Of a DNA stretch of 64,000 nt, positions 12,449-24,521 are shown in pieces. The notes beneath the pieces were generated by a model. It had not been told where the DNA came from, searched no databases, and worked only from the letters and a program-made list of their open reading frames with translations. Within the stretch, counting starts at the first letter, position 1. Each line of letters begins with the position of its first letter. Location of the stretch: NCBI RefSeq assembly GCF_016026235.1, contig NZ_CP065613.1; one strand, written 5' to 3'. The DNA is from Escherichia coli (lineage in GTDB: Bacteria; Pseudomonadota; Gammaproteobacteria; Enterobacterales; Enterobacteriaceae). The translations under genes were made by a program, and so were the position numbers.

Positions 12449-14683
12449 ATGGTTGCGGTAAGAAGTGCACATATCAATAAGGCTGGTGAATTTGATCCGG
12501 AAAAATGGATCGCAAGTCTGGGTATTACCAGCCAGAAGTCGTGTGAGTGCTTAGCCGAAACCTGGGCGTATTGTCTGCAACAGACGCAGGGGCATCCGGA
12601 TGCCAGTCTGTTATTGTGGCGTGGTGTTGAGATGGTGGAGATCCTCTCGACATTAAGTATGGACATTGACACGCTGCGGGCGGCGCTGCTGTTCCCTCTG
12701 GCTGATGCCAACGTAGTCAGCGAAGATGTGCTGCGTGAGAGCGTCGGTAAGTCGGTCGTTAACCTTATTCACGGCGTGCGTGATATGGCGGCGATCCGCC
12801 AGCTGAAAGCGACGCACACTGATTCTGTTTCCTCCGAACAGGTCGATAACGTTCGCCGGATGTTATTGGCGATGGTCGATGATTTTCGCTGCGTGGTCAT
12901 CAAACTGGCGGAGCGTATTGCTCATCTGCGCGAAGTAAAAGATGCGCCGGAAGATGAACGCGTACTGGCGGCAAAAGAGTGCACCAATATCTACGCGCCG
13001 TTGGCGAACCGTCTTGGGATTGGGCAACTGAAATGGGAGCTGGAAGATTACTGCTTCCGTTATCTCCACCCGACCGAATACAAACGCATCGCAAAACTGC
13101 TGCATGAACGCCGTCTCGACCGCGAACACTATATCGAAGAGTTTGTCGGCCATCTGCGCGCTGAGATGAAAGCTGAAGGCGTTAAAGCTGAAGTGTATGG
13201 TCGTCCGAAACACATCTACAGCATCTGGCGTAAAATGCAGAAAAAGAACCTCGCCTTTGATGAGCTGTTTGATGTGCGTGCGGTACGTATTGTCGCCGAG
13301 CGTTTACAGGATTGCTATGCCGCACTGGGGATAGTGCACACTCACTATCGCCACCTGCCGGATGAGTTTGACGATTATGTCGCTAACCCGAAACCAAACG
13401 GTTATCAGTCTATTCATACCGTGGTTCTGGGGCCAGGTGGCAAAACCGTTGAGATCCAAATCCGCACCAAACAGATGCATGAAGATGCAGAGTTGGGTGT
13501 TGCTGCGCACTGGAAATATAAAGAGGGCGCGGCAGCTGGCGGCGCACGTTCGGGACATGAAGACCGGATTGCCTGGCTGCGTAAACTGATTGCGTGGCAG
13601 GAAGAGATGGCTGATTCCGGCGAAATGCTCGACGAAGTACGCAGCCAGGTCTTTGACGACCGGGTGTATGTCTTTACGCCGAAAGGTGATGTCGTTGATT
13701 TGCCTGCGGGATCAACGCCGCTGGACTTCGCTTACCACATCCACAGTGATGTCGGACACCGCTGCATCGGGGCAAAAATTGGCGGGCGCATTGTGCCGTT
13801 CACCTACCAGCTGCAGATGGGCGACCAGATTGAAATTATCACCCAGAAACAGCCGAACCCCAGCCGTGACTGGTTAAACCCAAACCTCGGTTACGTCACA
13901 ACCAGCCGTGGGCGTTCGAAAATTCACGCCTGGTTCCGTAAACAGGACCGTGACAAAAACATTCTGGCTGGGCGGCAAATCCTTGACGACGAGCTGGAAC
14001 ATCTGGGGATCAGCCTGAAAGAAGCAGAAAAACATCTGCTGCCGCGTTACAACTTTAATGATGTCGACGAGTTGCTGGCGGCGATTGGTGGCGGGGATAT
14101 CCGTCTCAATCAGATGGTGAACTTCCTGCAATCGCAATTTAATAAGCCGAGTGCCGAAGAGCAGGACGCCGCCGCGCTGAAGCAACTTCAGCAAAAAAGC
14201 TACACGCCGCAAAACCGCAGTAAAGATAACGGTCGCGTGGTAGTCGAAGGTGTTGGCAACCTGATGCACCACATCGCGCGCTGCTGCCAGCCGATTCCTG
14301 GAGATGAGATTGTCGGCTTCATTACCCAGGGGCGCGGTATTTCAGTACACCGCGCCGATTGCGAACAACTGGCGGAACTGCGCTCCCATGCGCCAGAACG
14401 CATTGTTGACGCGGTATGGGGTGAGAGCTACTCCGCCGGATATTCGCTGGTGGTCCGCGTGGTGGCTAATGATCGTAGTGGGTTGTTACGTGATATCACG
14501 ACCATTCTCGCCAACGAGAAGGTGAACGTGCTTGGCGTTGCCAGCCGTAGCGACACCAAACAGCAACTGGCAACCATCGACATGACCATTGAGATTTACA
14601 ACCTGCAGGTGCTGGGCCGCGTGCTGGGTAAACTCAACCAGGTGCCGGATGTTATCGACGCGCGTCGGTTGCACGGGAGTTAG
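12449..14683 (+). CDS. relA: GTP pyrophosphokinase RelA, (p)ppGpp synthetase I
   Basis: 744-aa ORF MVAVRSAHINKAGEFDPEKWIASLGITSQ..., matches RelA. Confidence 0.95.
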   Translation: MVAVRSAHINKAGEFDPEKWIASLGITSQKSCECLAETWAYCLQQTQGHPDASLLLWRGVEMVEILSTLSMDIDTLRAALLFPLADANVVSEDVLRESVGKSVVNLIHGVRDMAAIRQLKATHTDSVSSEQVDNVRRMLLAMVDDFRCVVIKLAERIAHLREVKDAPEDERVLAAKECTNIYAPLANRLGIGQLKWELEDYCFRYLHPTEYKRIAKLLHERRLDREHYIEEFVGHLRAEMKAEGVKAEVYGRPKHIYSIWRKMQKKNLAFDELFDVRAVRIVAERLQDCYAALGIVHTHYRHLPDEFDDYVANPKPNGYQSIHTVVLGPGGKTVEIQIRTKQMHEDAELGVAAHWKYKEGAAAGGARSGHEDRIAWLRKLIAWQEEMADSGEMLDEVRSQVFDDRVYVFTPKGDVVDLPAGSTPLDFAYHIHSDVGHRCIGAKIGGRIVPFTYQLQMGDQIEIITQKQPNPSRDWLNPNLGYVTTSRGRSKIHAWFRKQDRDKNILAGRQILDDELEHLGISLKEAEKHLLPRYNFNDVDELLAAIGGGDIRLNQMVNFLQSQFNKPSAEEQDAAALKQLQQKSYTPQNRSKDNGRVVVEGVGNLMHHIARCCQPIPGDEIVGFITQGRGISVHRADCEQLAELRSHAPERIVDAVWGESYSAGYSLVVRVVANDRSGLLRDITTILANEKVNVLGVASRSDTKQQLATIDMTIEIYNLQVLGRVLGKLNQVPDVIDARRLHGS

Positions 14684-14698
14684 GCAGAAATTTGCTCG

Positions 14699-14745
14699 TA
14701 TCTACAATGTAGATTGATATATACTGTATCTACATATGATAGCGG
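14699..14745 (+). promoter_or_regulatory. mazEF promoter region with alternating palindrome (autoregulation site)
   Basis: TCTACAATGTAGATTGATATATACTGTATCTACATATGATAGC directly upstream of mazE; matches the known mazEF promoter palindrome from memory. Confidence 0.7.
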
Positions 14746-14760
14746 TTTGAGGAAAGGGTT

Positions 14761-15009
14761 ATGATCCACAGTAGCGTAAAGCGTTGGGGAAATTCACCGG
14801 CGGTGCGGATCCCGGCTACGTTAATGCAGGCGCTCAATCTGAATATTGATGATGAAGTGAAGATTGACCTGGTGGATGGCAAATTAATTATTGAGCCAGT
14901 GCGTAAAGAGCCCGTATTTACGCTTGCTGAACTGGTCAACGACATCACGCCGGAAAACCTCCACGAGAATATCGACTGGGGAGAGCCGAAAGATAAGGAA
15001 GTCTGGTAA
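14761..15009 (+). CDS. mazE: antitoxin MazE (type II TA)
   Basis: 82-aa [40 protein letters not shown]... Confidence 0.95.
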
Positions 15010-15344
15010 TGGTAAGCCGATACGTACCCGATATGGGCGATCTGATTTGGGTTGATTTTGACCCGACAAAAGGTAGCGAGCAAGCTGGACATCGTCCAGC
15101 TGTTGTCCTGAGTCCTTTCATGTACAACAACAAAACAGGTATGTGTCTGTGTGTTCCTTGTACAACGCAATCAAAAGGATATCCGTTCGAAGTTGTTTTA
15201 TCCGGTCAGGAACGTGATGGCGTAGCGTTAGCTGATCAGGTAAAAAGTATCGCCTGGCGGGCAAGAGGAGCAACGAAGAAAGGAACAGTTGCCCCAGAGG
15301 AATTACAACTCATTAAAGCCAAAATTAACGTACTGATTGGGTAG
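15009..15344 (+). CDS. mazF: endoribonuclease toxin MazF
   Basis: 111-aa [40 protein letters not shown]...; start overlaps the mazE stop. Confidence 0.95.
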   Translation: MVSRYVPDMGDLIWVDFDPTKGSEQAGHRPAVVLSPFMYNNKTGMCLCVPCTTQSKGYPFEVVLSGQERDGVALADQVKSIAWRARGATKKGTVAPEELQLIKAKINVLIG

Positions 15345-15414
15345 TGTTACTAACTCACTTCTATTCTGGTCACAGGTTTCCACCTGACAGACCCGCAATT
15401 TTCAGGACAATTCA

Positions 15415-16206
15415 ATGAATCAAATCGACCGTTTGCTCACTATTATGCAGCGCCTGCGCGATCCGGAAAACGGCTGCCCGTGGGATAAAGAGCAGACATT
15501 TGCCACCATTGCGCCTTACACCCTTGAAGAAACCTACGAAGTGCTGGACGCCATCGCCCGTGAAGATTTTGACGATCTTCGCGGTGAACTGGGCGATCTG
15601 CTATTCCAGGTGGTGTTTTACGCGCAAATGGCTCAGGAAGAAGGGCGCTTTGACTTTAATGATATTTGCGCTGCTATTAGCGATAAATTAGAGCGTCGCC
15701 ATCCGCATGTTTTTGCTGATAGTTCTGCCGAAAACAGTAGTGAAGTGCTTGCCCGTTGGGAGCAAATCAAAACCGAAGAGCGCGCGCAGAAAGCGCAGCA
15801 TTCGGCGCTGGACGATATTCCTCGTAGTTTACCGGCTTTAATGCGGGCGCAAAAAATCCAGAAACGTTGCGCCAACGTTGGCTTCGACTGGACGACGCTT
15901 GGCCCGGTGGTTGATAAAGTCTACGAAGAGATCGACGAGGTGATGTACGAGGCGCGGCAGGCTGTTGTCGACCAGGCTAAACTGGAGGAGGAAATGGGGG
16001 ACCTGCTGTTTGCCACGGTTAATCTGGCTCGCCATTTAGGGACGAAAGCAGAAATCGCATTGCAAAAAGCGAACGAAAAATTCGAGCGTCGTTTTCGCGA
16101 AGTGGAGCGTATTGTTGCCGCGCGTGGACTGGAAATGACAGGTGTTGACCTCGAAACAATGGAAGAAGTCTGGCAACAGGTAAAACGGCAGGAAATTGAT
16201 CTCTAA
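15415..16206 (+). CDS. mazG: nucleoside triphosphate pyrophosphohydrolase MazG
   Basis: 263-aa ORF MNQIDRLLTIMQRLRDPENGCPWDKEQTF... Confidence 0.93.
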   Translation: MNQIDRLLTIMQRLRDPENGCPWDKEQTFATIAPYTLEETYEVLDAIAREDFDDLRGELGDLLFQVVFYAQMAQEEGRFDFNDICAAISDKLERRHPHVFADSSAENSSEVLARWEQIKTEERAQKAQHSALDDIPRSLPALMRAQKIQKRCANVGFDWTTLGPVVDKVYEEIDEVMYEARQAVVDQAKLEEEMGDLLFATVNLARHLGTKAEIALQKANEKFERRFREVERIVAARGLEMTGVDLETMEEVWQQVKRQEIDL

Positions 16207-16418
16207 GGGAATTACGCGGTCAAGCGCCATTTGTGTCATTTTTTAAATGACAAGCGCTTGATTTGCGTCAAAAACATTTACCCCAAAGGGGCTATTTTCT
16301 CACTCCTGATTTCAATAGTGCGCTGGCGAAGAGGAGGGATAATGAAAGTTTGTGGCACAGGTCATGTTCGGGTATACTGCTTTCCCGTCCTGGTTATTCC
16401 ATCGTCTTTTCAACCTAA

Positions 16419-18071
<1,653 letters not shown>

Positions 18072-18143
18072 GTAAAAAAGTTAGAACGGCAACGCGTACC
18101 CTGGGTACGCGTTGTTTGTCTGGAGTTTCAGTTTAACTAGTGA

Positions 18144-19457
<1,314 letters not shown>

Positions 19458-19482
19458 GACTGACTTTATCTGATTTAAAAAT

Positions 19483-19507
19483 GCCAGCCTCCGGGCTGGC
19501 ATTTTTT
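19483..19507 (+). terminator. Rho-independent terminator after eno
   Basis: Hairpin GCCAGCCTCCGGGCTGGC followed by ATTTTTT. Confidence 0.8.
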
Positions 19508-19516
19508 ATGGTTGAG

Positions 19517-20422
19517 TTACCAGCGGCCGGATGCGCCGCCACCTCCAGAAGAACCGCCACCGCCGCTAAATCCGCCGCCACTTGAGCCTCCACCGGAAGA
19601 GGATGAAGAAGAACCTTTTCTTGAAGCTCTTTCTTTACTGAGTTTTTTGTATTTGGCGCGTAGCTTTTTATTGACGATAAGCCAAAAAATAACCAGTGGT
19701 ACGATCGCAAAAGGCGTTAACATACCGCAGGCAACGATTAAATTGGTCCATGGTCCTGGCTCGGCAACATAGAGGAATACCATCCCGTAAATGGCGCCAG
19801 TGAGAGTGATCTAGGGTAAATTCGACGGATCGGTAAAAACAATAAAATATGAAAGTACCGCCAGCAATATAATTACAGCAAGCGATAATGGAATAGGGGG
19901 ATTGATACTGTAATAATCCCCCCTGTCTTCCGGTAATTCACCATTTAACAGAAGCGCGCCGATATTTTCGCTTGCCAGTGTTAATCCACCCATCAGGTCA
20001 TCACTTTTGAAGGCAGGGATCAATATATCCCTGATAATCTTCGCCGCTTGCAGGTCGGTAACCACCCCTTCCAGCCCGTAGCCAACCTCAATACGAACAG
20101 CATGATCCTCCTAGGCAACCAGAAGTAAAATACCATCGTTTCTCTGCTTATCTCCCAGTTTCCAGCTATCAAAAACCCTTGTAGCATATTGTTCAATGGA
20201 ATCGTCTCCGGTGGACGGCACTACTAATACAGCGACCTGCGCCCGTGTTTTATGTGTAATATCCTGCAGTTGCTGTGTCAGTGATTGTTGTTCAGAAGTG
20301 CTTAACGTACCAGTAATATCGGTCACCTGTTGGCGCAGTTCCGGCACAGCAATTTGCTGGGCAAGCCCAGGAAGGCACCACAAAGTGAATAGAATAAAGA
20401 TTAAGCGCATTACGATCACCAA
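19517..20422 (-). pseudogene. TPM-domain (YgcG/UPF0603-like) protein, third tandem paralog, disrupted
   Basis: Three consecutive minus-strand ORFs (20111-20422, 19811-20065, 19517-19783) together align to the full-length paralogs upstream. In-frame TAG at 20111-20113 where the paralogs have Trp (LLLVA-W-QDH), plus a frame change near 19784-19815. C-terminus retains the GGGSSGGGFSGGGGSSGGGGASGRW tail. Confidence 0.75.
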
Positions 20423-21564
20423 CGGCCGGATGAACCGCCGCCTCCTGAAGAACCGCCACCACCGCGGAAAGAATTTCTCGACGAAGAGCGAGAATGAGCA
20501 TTACGATTCCCCGTTTTCCTGTTGCTTTTTTCTCCTGACCCCAGCTTAAGATTGCCAGTAAATTTGGCCACAATGATCAGCAGAACGATGCCAGCAATGG
20601 TTATTGGGCCGATAAAATGATCAATTAACCCAATAATTGTTGAGATGAATGCAATATCTTTATTACTGGCGAACACCAGGCACCATCCCACAATAATTAT
20701 CAGCATCACGACAAACAATGAATTTCGTCCTGATTCACGAACCTGCGGAGTCTTCTTTTGTTTTTTCACTTTAGCGTTTTTATTTTTTGGGGGCAGCATC
20801 ATAGGAAATACGCGGCACATATTAAAAACTACCGCGAGACGCTGCTTGCAGGTTGTTGCTAACAATAAACTAAAACAAACGACCGATACCCGCCGAATGA
20901 TGACATCGTCCTGAAAGGAGAAAAACCAGACCATAGGGGTAATCATCGATATCATCCATATGCCACGCCGTGGGCGGCTGGCAAATCGCCAGAGGACAAC
21001 GATGGCAACGATCATCAGCAGTGTCCAGGCAAGACATGGCAGCGAACGTTGCGGATTAGCAAACAGATGATTGGCTAAAGCATCCAAAGGGCTAAGGTTC
21101 GCTTTGATATGGGTAAACTGTGCGATGCTTTCAATTCCGCCCGTTAATCCAGCAAAGAGATTGTTTTTTTCGAATTCTGGCTGCATATGGTAACGAACAA
21201 TTTGCGCAGCTTGTTCCGGCGGCAACATCTCTTCCAGTCCATGTCCAATCTTCATTGACGCCAGCCCTTCCGGCCAAACGACGAGAATTAAGATACCTTC
21301 GCCATATCGCTTCTCTCCAACGGGTTTCCAGTGATATACCCCGTAGCTCTGCGAGGCTGCAAGTTTAATGTTTTTGCCCCCTGTTGTCGGCGTAACCAAC
21401 ACGGCCACCTGGAAGTGGTTTTGCTGCTCGAGAGTCTGTAATTGTTGATTTAAAGCACTTTGTTCTTCTGTCGTTAATGTCCCGGTTAAGTCAGTCACTG
21501 AAGGCAATCGTTCAGCGAATACCTGAAAACCGCATAGCATCAGAAGTAAGAGAAAAATACGCAT
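20416..21564 (-). CDS. TPM-domain membrane protein, second tandem paralog, 382 aa
   Basis: N-terminal signal-like segment, TPM-like core (LTGTLTTEEQSALNQQLQTLEQQNHFQVAVLV), several hydrophobic segments, Gly/Ser-rich tail ...FRGGGGSSGGGGSSGRW. Confidence 0.75.
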   Translation of the reverse strand: MRIFLLLLMLCGFQVFAERLPSVTDLTGTLTTEEQSALNQQLQTLEQQNHFQVAVLVTPTTGGKNIKLAASQSYGVYHWKPVGEKRYGEGILILVVWPEGLASMKIGHGLEEMLPPEQAAQIVRYHMQPEFEKNNLFAGLTGGIESIAQFTHIKANLSPLDALANHLFANPQRSLPCLAWTLLMIVAIVVLWRFASRPRRGIWMISMITPMVWFFSFQDDVIIRRVSVVCFSLLLATTCKQRLAVVFNMCRVFPMMLPPKNKNAKVKKQKKTPQVRESGRNSLFVVMLIIIVGWCLVFASNKDIAFISTIIGLIDHFIGPITIAGIVLLIIVAKFTGNLKLGSGEKSNRKTGNRNAHSRSSSRNSFRGGGGSSGGGGSSGRW

Positions 21565-21578
21565 ATCAATTCCTTTTG

Positions 21579-22472
21579 TTACCAGCGCCCGGAAGCGCCA
21601 CCGCCACCAGATGAACCGCCACCACCGCTAAAATTGTCATTGTCGAATGAAGAGGATGACGATGATGAATAGTGGGAGGAAGAATTGCTTCTTGTATGGC
21701 GTGATGGCTGGTTGGCATCACGCATCGAATCTCGAACCTTTTTGCCGAAGGGGGTAAAAGCGATGGCAACTGCCAGGAACGGTGTGGCGAAGCAGAGTAA
21801 TGTTGCGAGTACTCCCCAGCTTCCGCTGAAACCTGCTATAGGTAAAACAAAGGCCAGTACAATAGCTGCGAAACAAATTACTCCCAGCGTTTTGATATAT
21901 CCTCTGGCAGAAATAAACGTCAGTACTATCGCCCAGACTAACAAAGCCCACCAACCGCTAAAGGGTAAAGGGTGATCGGTCGGTGTTATCGTTGCTAAAT
22001 TATTCCCCGTCAGACGACTTTCAAGATCGCTGATCCCCTTTTGTAAACCGACAGCAAGATCGCCCTTTTTAAACGCTGGAATAATACTGTTGCGTATAAT
22101 TTGCCCGGACTGCGCATCCGTAATAATACCTTCCAGTCCGTAACCAATTTCAATACGCACGGTATGATCCTGCCAGGCGACTAACAGTAGAACGCCATCA
22201 TCGCGGTCTTTATCACCCGGTTTCCAGCTATCGAATACCCGCGTTGCGTACTGCTCGATGCTTTCATCGCCTGTTGTTTCAACCACTAACACGACCAACT
22301 GTGCGTGGTTTTTTTGCGTCAGGGCTTTGATCTGGTTGGTCAGGGTGTTTACTTCGCTATTTGTTAATGTGCCGGTTAAGTCATTCACATACCTGGGTGA
22401 TTCAGGTACTGGAATTTGTGTGGCAAACACAGATGAACAGAAGAAAGCCATAAGGAAGATAAAATTTCGCAT
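21579..22472 (-). CDS. TPM-domain protein, first tandem paralog, YgcG-like
   Basis: Starts MRNFIFLMAFFCSSVFATQIPVPESPRYVNDLTGTLTNSEV... (297 aa from the ATG preceded by GGGGAAG), ends ...FSGGGGSSGGGGASGRW. Which paralog corresponds to K-12 ygcG is uncertain. Confidence 0.75.
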   Translation of the reverse strand: MRNFIFLMAFFCSSVFATQIPVPESPRYVNDLTGTLTNSEVNTLTNQIKALTQKNHAQLVVLVVETTGDESIEQYATRVFDSWKPGDKDRDDGVLLLVAWQDHTVRIEIGYGLEGIITDAQSGQIIRNSIIPAFKKGDLAVGLQKGISDLESRLTGNNLATITPTDHPLPFSGWWALLVWAIVLTFISARGYIKTLGVICFAAIVLAFVLPIAGFSGSWGVLATLLCFATPFLAVAIAFTPFGKKVRDSMRDANQPSRHTRSNSSSHYSSSSSSSFDNDNFSGGGGSSGGGGASGRW

Positions 22473-22485
22473 AGAACTTCCCCGC

Positions 22486-23088
22486 TTAATGAGCACTAGC
22501 ATTCTGGCTAAAATCTATTGTTGGTGCTTTACTCACAGCGGCGACATCATCCGGCAAATAATTTTTCTTTGGTGTGTAATCCATGACCTTTGCGGTTAAC
22601 ACAGCGGGGAATTTGCGGATAGTGACATTATATTGTTCAATGGCTTTAATATATCTTCCTCGCGCAACGGCAATCCGATTTTCACTTCCTTCAAGCTGTA
22701 CCATTAAATTTTGATAGAGTTCCTGAGATTTTAACTCAGGGTAACGCTCACTAATTATCGTTAACTGACCGAGAGTGCGAGTCACCTGCGCTTGAGCCTG
22801 TTGCCAGGCTTGTAATTTTTGTTCATCTCCCGGAGTTTGCTGAAGATCGCTACTGGCGCGATTAGCCTGGCTACGAGCCAATGTTACGGCTTCCAGTACA
22901 TCTCGTTCATGGCTGGAATAACCTTTAATACTGGCGACAAGATTAGGAATAAGATAGGCGCGACGTTGATATTGATTCAATACCTCAGACCAGGAGGCGT
23001 TAACCTGCTCATCATAGGTTTGAATATCGTTATATCCACAGCCTGATAAATTGAAAATAAATATAATTACGATGAATATTCTGAGCAT
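22486..23088 (-). CDS. LemA family protein
   Basis: 200-aa ORF with N-terminal hydrophobic segment and LemA-like core (RRAYLIPNLVASIKGYSSHERDVLEAVTLARSQA...RYPELKSQELYQNLMVQLEGSENRIAVARGRY); first gene of an apparent operon with the TPM genes, divergent from queE. Confidence 0.7.
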   Translation of the reverse strand: MLRIFIVIIFIFNLSGCGYNDIQTYDEQVNASWSEVLNQYQRRAYLIPNLVASIKGYSSHERDVLEAVTLARSQANRASSDLQQTPGDEQKLQAWQQAQAQVTRTLGQLTIISERYPELKSQELYQNLMVQLEGSENRIAVARGRYIKAIEQYNVTIRKFPAVLTAKVMDYTPKKNYLPDDVAAVSKAPTIDFSQNASAH

Positions 23089-23260
23089 GTTTAAATCCCT
23101 TTTAATTAATTCCTTAAAACATAATACTCTGCTTCATTTTATTCTTTATGATCTAATCCACTTTTTGCCATAAACCTGCCTGTAACAGAATGTTAATAAG
23201 ACATGATTGTTGTGGCAGGATCTGCAATAATTAACAATTATCCACTTCACAGAGAATGCT

Positions 23261-23932
23261 ATGCAGTACCCGATTAACGAGATGTTCCAGACCCTGCAAG
23301 GTGAGGGTTACTTTACCGGCGTCCCCGCCATTTTTATTCGTTTACAGGGATGCCCGGTTGGCTGTGCCTGGTGCGACACCAAACACACCTGGGAAAAGCT
23401 TGAGGATCGGGAAGTCTCCCTTTTCAGCATTCTGGCGAAGACCAAAGAGAGTGATAAGTGGGGGGCGGCGAGCAGTGAAGACTTGCTGGCTGTCATTGGT
23501 CGCCAGGGATATACCGCGCGGCATGTGGTGATTACGGGTGGTGAGCCTTGCATTCATGATTTGCTGCCACTGACTGACCTGCTCGAAAAGAACGGTTTTA
23601 GCTGCCAGATCGAAACCAGTGGTACTCATGAAGTACGCTGTACACCGAATACCTGGGTTACCGTATCGCCAAAGCTGAACATGCGCGGCGGCTATGAAGT
23701 GTTGTCACAGGCACTGGAGCGAGCCAACGAAATCAAGCATCCAGTGGGACGCGTACGTGATATTGAAGCACTGGATGAACTTTTGGCGACGCTGACCGAT
23801 GATAAACCGCGAGTCATTGCACTGCAGCCGATTAGCCAAAAGGATGATGCCACACGTTTGTGCATTGAAACCTGCATTGCGCGTAATTGGCGTTTGTCGA
23901 TGCAAACCCATAAATATTTAAATATTGCCTGA
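23261..23932 (+). CDS. queE: 7-carboxy-7-deazaguanine synthase QueE (YgcF), radical SAM
   Basis: 223-aa ORF MQYPINEMFQTLQGEGYFTGVPAIFIRLQGCPVGCAWCDTKH... Confidence 0.92.
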   Translation: MQYPINEMFQTLQGEGYFTGVPAIFIRLQGCPVGCAWCDTKHTWEKLEDREVSLFSILAKTKESDKWGAASSEDLLAVIGRQGYTARHVVITGGEPCIHDLLPLTDLLEKNGFSCQIETSGTHEVRCTPNTWVTVSPKLNMRGGYEVLSQALERANEIKHPVGRVRDIEALDELLATLTDDKPRVIALQPISQKDDATRLCIETCIARNWRLSMQTHKYLNIA

Positions 23933-23939
23933 TTAAACA

Positions 23940-24270
23940 TTTATAAGCGTTATAAATGGGGGGAACCTGTAAAGACTTCTACTCATTTATATTCTTTGTC
24001 GCCTCTGAAAAAGCTCCATTTTGCCCATCCTGGACTAATCATTATCATTCTCTACAAATTCTGTGGCGTTAATTTTTTGTTGGAGTGAAAATTATTGCGG
24101 TAAAGTTTGGTAGATTTTAGTTTGTATAGAATTATTTTAAATATTTACCTTTTTAATCAATGAGTTAAGTGCTCTTTAACATAATGGATGTGTTGTTTGT
24201 GTGATACTGTAAAGTTGGTAGATTGTGACTGGCTTAAAAAATCATTAATTAATAATAGGTTATGTTTAGA
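23940..24270 (+). promoter_or_regulatory. AT-rich CRISPR leader
   Basis: AT-rich non-coding stretch ending ...CTGGCTTAAAAAATCATTAATTAATAATAGGTTATGTTTAGA directly abutting the first repeat. Confidence 0.65.
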
Positions 24271-24521
24271 GAGTTCCCCGCGCCAGCGGGGATAAACCGA
24301 TGACAAAAATTTGCAGGTGCTGGCAGAGGCCGAGTTCCCCGCGCCAGCGGGGATAAACCGTCAGGTGGGATGGTCAGCGCGAAACACACGCCGAGTTCCC
24401 CGCGCCAGCGGGGATAAACCGAGCGCGCAGTTATCAGCCGCGACAACATGAAAGAGTTCCCCGCGCCAGCGGGGATAAACCGCTCATATACGTTACAGCG
24501 TCGGAAATGGAGGCGAGTTCC

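Noticed and set aside
19512-19772. Proline/glutamate-rich + strand ORF (PPPPEEPPPPLNPPPLEPPPEEDEEE)
   Set aside because: This is the reverse-complement reading of the GGN-rich codons encoding the Gly/Ser tail of the TPM pseudogene, not an independent gene.
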